A stretch of DNA of 64,000 nucleotides from Dicyema japonicum (lineage: Eukaryota > Animalia > Dicyemida), in assembly GCA_011109175.1 (NCBI GenBank), contig RDEW01000019.1, positions 858,921 to 922,920 of the forward strand. The letters are read 5' to 3'. Made by a program: the position numbers and the translations under genes. Positions within the stretch are counted from its first letter, which is position 1; each line of letters begins with the position of its first letter. Below, one piece after another: positions 56,280 through 64,000 of the stretch. Under the pieces are notes generated by a model, which saw only the letters and a list, made by a program, of their open reading frames with translations, made no database searches and was not told the DNA's origin.

Positions 56280-57990
56280 GAGACATAATATTTCTGAGTC
56301 CCTCATGTGCAGCAAAAAATATAAGAGAAAGAGTTAACTTGTTCCAGGCTTTTCTATCTTAGCCAGATCCCTCAATGTGTCTAGGTCGTCAGCAGATGTC
56401 AATGTTTTCTTTACGCCTTTCAGATCTCCTTATAAAACGACCGGGAGGGTTGTNCCCTCATGTGCAGCAAAAAATATAAGAGAAAGAGTTAACTTGTTCC
56501 AGGCTTTTCTATCTTAGCCAGATCCCTCAATGTGTCTAGGTCGTCAGCAGATGTCAATGTTTTCTTTACGCCTTTCAGATCTCCTTATAAAACGACCGGG
56601 AGGGTTGTTCTTGGTCTTCCACGAATGTGTTTTACATGGGAGGAGTAGTAATCTTCCATAGCAATATTATAGGGGAGGGGATGTCGGGTCCAACCGCAGG
56701 ACATGTTCAAAGAGTCTCCAACGAGAGCTAATGATCTCGAGACTTATTGGTGTACGGTCACACATATTGTACAGTCCTTTCNNNNNNNNNNNNNNNNNNN
56801 NNNNNNNNNNNNNNNNNNNNNNNNNNNNNNNNNNNNNNNNNNNNNNNNNNNNNNNNNNNNNNNNNNNNNNNNNNNNNNNNNNNNNNNNNNNNNNNNNNNN
56901 NNNNNNNNNNNNNNNNNNNNNNNNNNNNNNNNNNNNNNNNNNNNNNNNNNNNNNNNNNNNNNNNNNNNNNNNNNNNNNNNNNNNNNNNNNNNNNNNNNNN
57001 NNNNNNNNNNNNNNNNNNNNNNNNNNNNNNNNNNNNNNNNNNNNNNNNNNNNNNNNNNNNNNNNNNNNNNNNNNNNNNNNNNNNNNNNNNNNNNNNNNNN
57101 NNNNNNNNNNNNNNNNNNNNNNNNNNNNNNNNNNNNNNNNNNNNNNNNNNNNNNNNNNNNNNNNNNNNNNNNNNNNNNNNNNNNNNNNNNNNNNNNNNNN
57201 NNNNNNNNNNNNNNNNNNNNNNNNNNNNNNNNNNNNNNNNNNNNNNNNNNNNNNNNNNNNNNNNNNNNNNNNNNNNNNNNNNNNNNNNNNNNNNNNNNNN
57301 NNNNNNNNNNNNNNNNNNNNNNNNNNNNNNNNNNNNNNNNNNNNNNNNNNNNNNNNNNNNNNNNNNNNNNNNNNNNNNNNNNNNNNNNNNNNNNNNNNNN
57401 NNNNNNNNNNNNNNNNNNNNNNNNNNNNNNNNNNNNNNNNNNNNNNNNNNNNNNNNNNNNNNNNNNNNNNNNNNNNNNNNNNNNNNNNNNNNNNNNNNNN
57501 NNNNNNNNNNNNNNNNNNNNNNNNNNNNNNNNNNNNNNNNNNNNNGCTGAGTAGAATTCATCCAGTTCGGTCGGGTTTTTTGCCAGTCTTCCACAGTGTG
57601 GTGCATATACATTTATAATTGTTAGTGTATTTTTAGGGTAACATTGGTTGTTCAGATAGATCTGTATTACGCAGATCCTGCCATTCACCCGCCAAATGTG
57701 ACTTATGTCAGATGATAGTTTTCTGTGAACGGGGAATCCAAGACCATAGTGTTTTGAGTCACTGGGTAGGCATATTAGTCGATATTTTCCATGGTTTTCA
57801 TCGAGATAGTACGTAATTTTCGTCTCTTGTATACAGCCAATGGTAACATTATATCTTTCTAGGTCATAACAGAGAGTATTTCTTGACTGAGACTTAGATA
57901 TTCCTTTAGCATTGAACACAAGAAGCTTTAGAGCCGCATATTCTCTTGTATCTTCTGCTTTTTAGACATTTTTCTTAACCGTTGTACAGA
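56280..57990 (-). mobile_element. RTE element spanning an N gap (APE 5' of the gap, 3' end after it)
   Basis: FNAKGI..CIQETK..INVYAPH; 3' side RGRPRTTLP..WNKLT. Confidence 0.8.
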
Positions 57991-58284
57991 GACGAAACGA
58001 GGCATGTCACCACCTCACCAAAAAAGATGTTAAATTAAATTAAAATTATTCCAAGGACCAAGGGTAACCAAACTAACTAACACCTTGATTCTCACTCGTT
58101 CCAGCGTTCCAAAACTTGTATCCAGGTAACGACATTGTCCTCAGGGAAAAGAATGTTTGGATCCTCTTGATGCCATCCAGGCATTCGGCGTCTCCAATGA
58201 AGCCATCGGATGGAAGGAAAATAATTTTTTCCAACTAGCCACATAGCACCACATGGAGCCACGCGGCCAGATATATATTTTGAT

Positions 58285-59330
58285 GACTATGGATGGTTTA
58301 AGGCAACTTTTCCTGTTTGTGTTGGAGGATTGAGGATTACCTTACATCCAAATGCCACATTAATTCAATGCATATTTGTCCTCTTATAGCTCCTCATAGA
58401 ACTCAATTCTTATTCAAGACTATTTGTGACACCAACGGGAGCTTGGACTTGTGGGAGAGCTATCTCTATATGTTCCGGGTAGTGGCGCTAATCAAAACCG
58501 TATTCGAAACGTGTCTTTGAAAAAATGGAATATCTTGAGGACACTGGACATGCGAAAACACTTGCATTCTCAAAACGGCTAGCTGTCATTCAGCAGGTCC
58601 CTGGTGAACTCTTATCCTTGTGGCGAGATTGGTACCATGCTTAATGATGAGGCAAAGAGAATAGCTACCTCGCTACCTCTTTTTCTTAAAGTGTGTAAGT
58701 AAATTGTAGTTGCGAACGTTTGATCGATCTATATGGCTACCATCCACTGTTGTACAAGTTGAGCGAGGGCTGTTTTCCAAGGCATTCCTTTTTAAACGTG
58801 TAGTTCAAAACCGCAATTTCCTCTGCTAGTCACCACTGCATTTTATAGCCGAATGGTCTCACCCGAGACTATGGCAAACGCCCCGACGGGATGATAACAC
58901 TCCTTATCGTTGATGGTCCGAACCTGATTTTGGACGTGTGTTGAAACATACTCTCTGCAAATTTTGGCAGATTCAATCTCGCACCTAGGCCATGTTTCTA
59001 AGCAAGCTGAGGATCAGAAGAGAAGGAAGTACCGAAGTATTTCGGAGGATTACTTGTTTGTCCCATTTGGTGTTGAGACGTCAGGAATCCTTGAACCACA
59101 ATCAGACTCGCCCATCGGATCGGCTCAATGATCTAAATGGTCATCATGGATCCACGTGAGACTTGATGACTTAGAATGCTTATAGCTATTGTCAGNNCGG
59201 ACTCGCTCATCGGATCGGCTCAATGATCTATATGGTCATCATGGATCCACGTGAGACTTGATGGCTTCGAATGCTTATAGCTATTGTCAGAGGAAACAGC
59301 ATGCCCATTCAACCTCATCAGATTAAGTGC
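58285..59330 (+). mobile_element. CRE 3' half, decayed (related copy at 52950-53560)
   Basis: Both copies begin near GATGACTATGGATGG and contain the CRE CCHC/REL region. Smaller CRE pieces lie at 2660-2750, 21330-21680, 24930-25440 and 51308-51470. Confidence 0.7.
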
Positions 59331-59399
59331 TCTTTTAACTAATAGAACGATTTGACTAAATATCACAAGAACCATACCAACATGTGACAAAGGTGGTTG

Positions 59400-60240
59400 G
59401 AGATTTTTTTATTCCACACGTTGACTGAGGTGGTGGGTTTCAACACCCAGCAAGACATTTAACTACCTTGATTGGAGTTATAAAAGATGATTTCGAGGAC
59501 CCAGTATATATAATCAAATTGATTACACTCTTTGTAGAAAGGATAAGTGCGCTTACTAACCGAAACAAGCTCGTATGGCAAAATACTGGCCATAAATTGG
59601 TAACTGTTTGTTGTCTACTAAAAAAAACTTTGGCATTATAGGATCCACCGGAAGAACTAGAAAGAGTCTTGAGTTATACAATGTTGAGAAACTATTGCGT
59701 TCAGATTCCAACTCTCTCATGAAGAAAAATCTCAATAATATACCAAATAGCTACCAATAAAAGATCTCTATGACCAAACATCAAAAGCAATATAAATGAC
59801 CACAGACGAAGTGCTATGAACCTGCAAAAACACGGAAAATATAACGACCCAGTTATTAAAAAACTATCATCCAAACAAAAATACCTACGCTTAAGGATTG
59901 AGAATTATAAATCTTTAGACGATGTAAGAGCACTGAAAACAAAATTTTATTAAAAAATAAAAATGCTACAAAAAGTCATAGTTAGAAAGAGTACATTAAA
60001 AGCCCTCAAAGAAATCGAATACTACAAAAATGGGACTAGAATGTTCTTATCCACCCGAAGCCTCAACAGTGGAAAACTACGAAATGGCATCAAGACAACG
60101 CTGGTAAAGCAGTCATGTGCCCCAGTATAAAAATTGAACTAATATCCGAACATTTCTACAATAAATTCAATAAATATACTAAGAACCTTAGGAGAACTGA
60201 GAAAGCTATCAACTCGGCATTAGAAAGGACTATCACTATT
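59400..60240 (+). mobile_element. Heavily decayed RTE fragment
   Basis: YNQIDYTLCRK..GHKLV resembles the APE C-terminus. Confidence 0.45.
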
Positions 60241-60739
60241 GAAGAATCTTATAAGTAGGGCGATTTTTGTCAATAAAGTCAAAAATTGATATATTATTTT
60301 AAAATGTTAAAAACTTATAAAAATATGGTTTTTAATCAAAATATTATGTTAATCAAAAGTTATAAAGTCACAAAGTCAAAATTTAATTTTTTAGGTCAAT
60401 AAAGTCAAAATTTTTATTGATTTTTATTTATTTATTTTTTTTCGAGTTTTTAAATAAAATACTAGCGTGGGATCAAGCATCATTCACTATGTTGCCGTGT
60501 TCAATCAATAATGACATTGAAAAGATTTAATCTGTTTTAGAAAATATCCTGATGGATTTTCTATCAACTCACAAGGAAATTTTTTTTGGAATTTATGTGG
60601 GACATTCGAGTTTTTAAATAAAATACTAGCGTTGGATCAAGCATCATTCACTATGTTGCCGTGTTCAATCAATAATGACATTGAAAAGATTTAATCTGTT
60701 TTAGAAAATATCCTGATGGATTTTCTATCAACTCACCTG

Positions 60740-61050
60740 GCGCCCTTTTGGACATATTATACGGATGGGTGAACAAAAACCATGCAATGTCGCCATGGAA
60801 GAATTTTTCGGCCATACTGTATCTCCTACATTCAGAGGACGTCCAAAAAGTTGTCTTCCAAGGACACTTGCGGAGGATTACGCAGTGATCGGGGGCCGAC
60901 TGATGGATGCGGACGATATGGACGAAATCAGGAAACGATCACGACAACGAAAAGGATGGAGAAGACTAACTGAAAGGATAATAGAAAAAAATGGCACAAG
61001 CGAAACCATAAACAGTTTTTACTAGTAACGCTAATGTCCTTTAACTAACT
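60740..61050 (+). mobile_element. RTE 3' end
   Basis: AMEEFF..RGRPKSCLP..GWRRLTERI followed by a TAAC tail. Confidence 0.75.
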
Positions 61051-61149
61051 AACATTTGTAACTGCAAAAAAAACAATTTTTATTGAATCATGTAGATCGT
61101 CTATGAACATATCAAATTATTATTTTTATTACTATTTTATATTTGTCAA

Positions 61150-61800
61150 TAAAATAAAACCCATTGATTTTCTCTTCCCATCTGCCGACAAATGGGACGA
61201 TAATTCACTAAGGCTTTTGTCGAATCCGATATTCCCTTGCATAAGTTAAACAGTAAAGCTTACGAGACTTTTTTGAGAGTATTGGACATAATTTTCCTTC
61301 TACTTACACTTGCCGAAAAAGTTTAGAAAACTTATGCAAGAAGCAGCGTTACAGGTTTTATTTTCATTCATTTAGATCTGAAAATTTTTTTGATTGATGG
61401 AACTGATATCCGAGGACAGAAATATGTCAATACACTTATTGGAAAAATTTCTGATCCCAAAAAAATAATTTTAATATTTTGTCGTCATTGTCTTCTGCGG
61501 CTAACNAATAATATAAAACCCATTGATTTTCTCTTCCCATCTGCCGACAAATGGGACGATAATTCACTAAGGCTTATGTCGAATCCGATATTCCCTTGCA
61601 TAAGTTAAACAGTAAAGCTTACGAGACTTTTTTGAGAGTTTTGGACATCATTTTCCTTCTACTTACGCTTGCCGAAAAAGTGTAGAAAACTTATGCAAGA
61701 AGCAGTACTTTCTATTACAAAAATGGAAAAACAACATATTTCTCCATATGATACAACTATCTGGAGAAGTTTCCTTCCACATCATCAGAGAAATTTTTCT
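61150..61800 (+). mobile_element. hAT-like DDE transposase remnant
   Basis: FTKAFVESDIPLHKL..; IDGTDIRGQKYVNTLIG resembles IDETTD..GRYV.N..IG. Confidence 0.55.
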
Positions 61801-62805
61801 TTATTGGAAACGTTAAAGATCGAAATTTTACAACCGAAAACGTTTTGAATTACATTATTCTGTATTTTAATAAAGATTTTGATTAGTTTTTNNNNNNNNN
61901 NNNNNNNNNNNNNNNNNNNNNNNNNNNNNNNNNNNNNNNNNNNNNNNNNNNNNNNNNNNNNNNNNNNNNNNNNNNNNNNNNNNNNNNNNNNNNNNNNNNN
62001 NNNNNNNNNNNNNNNNNNNNNNNNNNNNNNNNNNNNNNNNNNNNNNNNNNNNNNNNNNNNNNNNNNNNNNNNNNNNNNNNNNNNNNNNNNNNNNNNNNNN
62101 NNNNNNNNNNNNNNNNNNNNNNNNNNNNNNNNNNNNNNNNNNNNNNNNNNNNNNNNNNNNNNNNNNNNNNNNNNNNNNNNNNNNNNNNNNNNNNNNNNNN
62201 NNNNNNNNNNNNNNNNNNNNNNNNNNNNNNNNNNNNNNNNNNNNNNNNNNNNNNNNNNNNNNNNNNNNNNNNNNNNNNNNNNNNNNNNNNNNNNNNNNNN
62301 NNNNNNNNNNNNNNNNNNNNNNNNNNNNNNNNNNNNNNNNNNNNNNNNNNNNNNNNNNNNNNNNNNNNNNNNNNNNNNNNNNNNNNNNNNNNNNNNNNNN
62401 NNNNNNNNNNNNNNNNNNNNNNNNNNNNNNNNNNNNNNNNNNNNNNNNNNNNNNNNNNNNNNNNNNNNNNNNNGTTTACAAAAAAAATAACTCAAATTTA
62501 ATTGACATTGCATAATTTCAGAAATTATCTACTAATATAAAAGTCGACGGAAATTGTATTGGTGCTCCCGAGAATGATGTTATGGATGTGTGTCTTCAAT
62601 TGCTATGTAAACAAGGGCTTCCGTGAACGACCTACAACTAACTTACTAATAGTTTTAATAAGAAACTCCCAAAACTAGGTCTAAGGAAGGGGGACGATCT
62701 AGATAAGGTCCCAGGCAAGGATGAGACTAACACAACGGTTAACAAATGAATGCGGAACAAGAGACAACTCTAGTTAATTATTGTATTTTTTAAAGTTCAT
62801 TAATA

Positions 62806-63185
62806 CAGTGCAACCTCCATTTGGGGCACATCTATTTTTGGGGCACCCCCAGGTTTTGGGGCAGTTTGAAAATTAGATCATTTTTATACAGTAATTTCCA
62901 AATTTGGAAATTACCTGAACCTCTTAGTGGGGCACTTAATTTTTTTTAATTTATATAAAGTCTTGCAATTAATATTAAATTTAATTATATAAAATTTTCT
63001 TAAACTTCGCGTGCTAAATTTGCGTTTTTGTTGTCATGGGGAGAAAGCTTACTCTGGAGTTAAAGCTTAAAATTGCCCAAGAAATCAACGAGAATTGTTT
63101 CATGAGCGAACGAGATATTGTCAAAAAGTATCATGACATTGATGTAGGTTTACCGACATCTCCATATTTGAGATTTTTTAATTAG
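62806..63185 (+). mobile_element. pogo/Tigger-like element, left end and CENP-B-type HTH start
   Basis: TA|CAGTGCAACCTC terminus with GGGGCAC subrepeats. MGRKLTLELKLKIAQE..SERDIVKKY at 63036-63185, ending in a premature stop. Confidence 0.65.
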
Positions 63186-63657
63186 AGCGACTCCAACGTC
63201 TCCCTTATCGAATTAATCAAATTATTACGTCTCTAACTTATTACATCGTAAGCAGAATAAGTTTTTTTTCAACATACAACGATGTCTGAAAACAATAAAT
63301 AGTAGACATTTTCCATAATTTTGGAATCATTGTTTGATAACATACGGTGTCCAAAAGTGAGAAATTGATCAGTCAAAATTTAATTTTAAGTTATTCTTCA
63401 TTCTTTAATTCTAACGGTTCTTCATGTCTTTCCTCTTCGAATCAAATTTGGGTGATAACCACCGATGTATCATCCATCAGCAACATTCCAAATTCAAATC
63501 TTCTATTCACATCGTTCAAATTGGCTAAAGAGTATTGATAATTTTCATCCCGACCCCCCTTGGAAGGGACTTTATACACGATATAAATGAAAACCACTAA
63601 CGCAAAGTTATACAAATCGATAGAAATTTAATAATAAAGAGAATAAAAATAATAATT

Positions 63658-64000
63658 TTATTCATCATCACTAGAATAAGAATCATGGGAGTGGCTATAG
63701 AACTCATCCTCTGTTGGTTCGCCCTCATTTGAATCGTACTTGTTAGCCTCAGCACTACTTACTTCGTGGTCGTATTCTTTGGGGCATCTGTACTTATCAT
63801 CTTCTGTTAAGAGATATCTAGTCTCTCCGCAGATTTTGCATATGAATGAACGTGACTTTTCAGCGAGTTCTCTGATTTGCTTAGTAGAATAATGGTTTTT
63901 TTCGAATATGTAGCCAATGTCTTTAAAAAGGTCAATAATAGTAAGAAGCGCTTTCTTTACTATGATATCAGAATCAAATCAACTCGTCCAGGTTGGTGAC
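63658..64000 (-). CDS. UBE2J1: UBE2J1 (Ubc6e)-like E2 enzyme, 3' part (gene continues beyond the window)
   Basis: SPTWT|IKKALLTIIDLF..YSTKQIRELAEKSRSFICKICG matches UBE2J1 QPSWSIRTALLAII..YTPEERRALAKKSQDFCCEGCG. 24-nt intron at 63960-63983, with a possible in-frame 24-nt intron at 63739-63762. Ends in acidic ..SYSSDDE TAA. Absent from the ORF track. Confidence 0.75.

Overview
AT-rich eukaryotic draft scaffold with N gaps and many read-sized tandem duplications. It uses the standard genetic code. Most of the window is decayed, nested transposons: APE-RT LINEs of the I/Jockey group, RTE LINEs, about 12 fragments of a CRE-clade element with an N-terminal PHD finger, R4/Dong-type fragments, a tRNA-derived SINE family, a MULE derivative with TIRs and TSD, and pogo and hAT-like remnants. 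Seven host genes or gene fragments can be rebuilt by hand, five of them only by removing 22-32 nt GT-AG introns that the ORF track misses: a Tctex-1 dynein light chain, CFAP97D2-like, a very divergent cyclin B, an ERCC2/XPD fragment, a UBE2J1-like 3' end, and two intronless head-to-head polyubiquitin genes whose repeats differ in amino-acid sequence. Tiny introns at animal-type positions, ciliary genes and the standard code fit a dicyemid mesozoan (Dicyema) best. This is an inference, not a database result. All homology calls come from visual motif recognition, and transposon boundaries are approximate.
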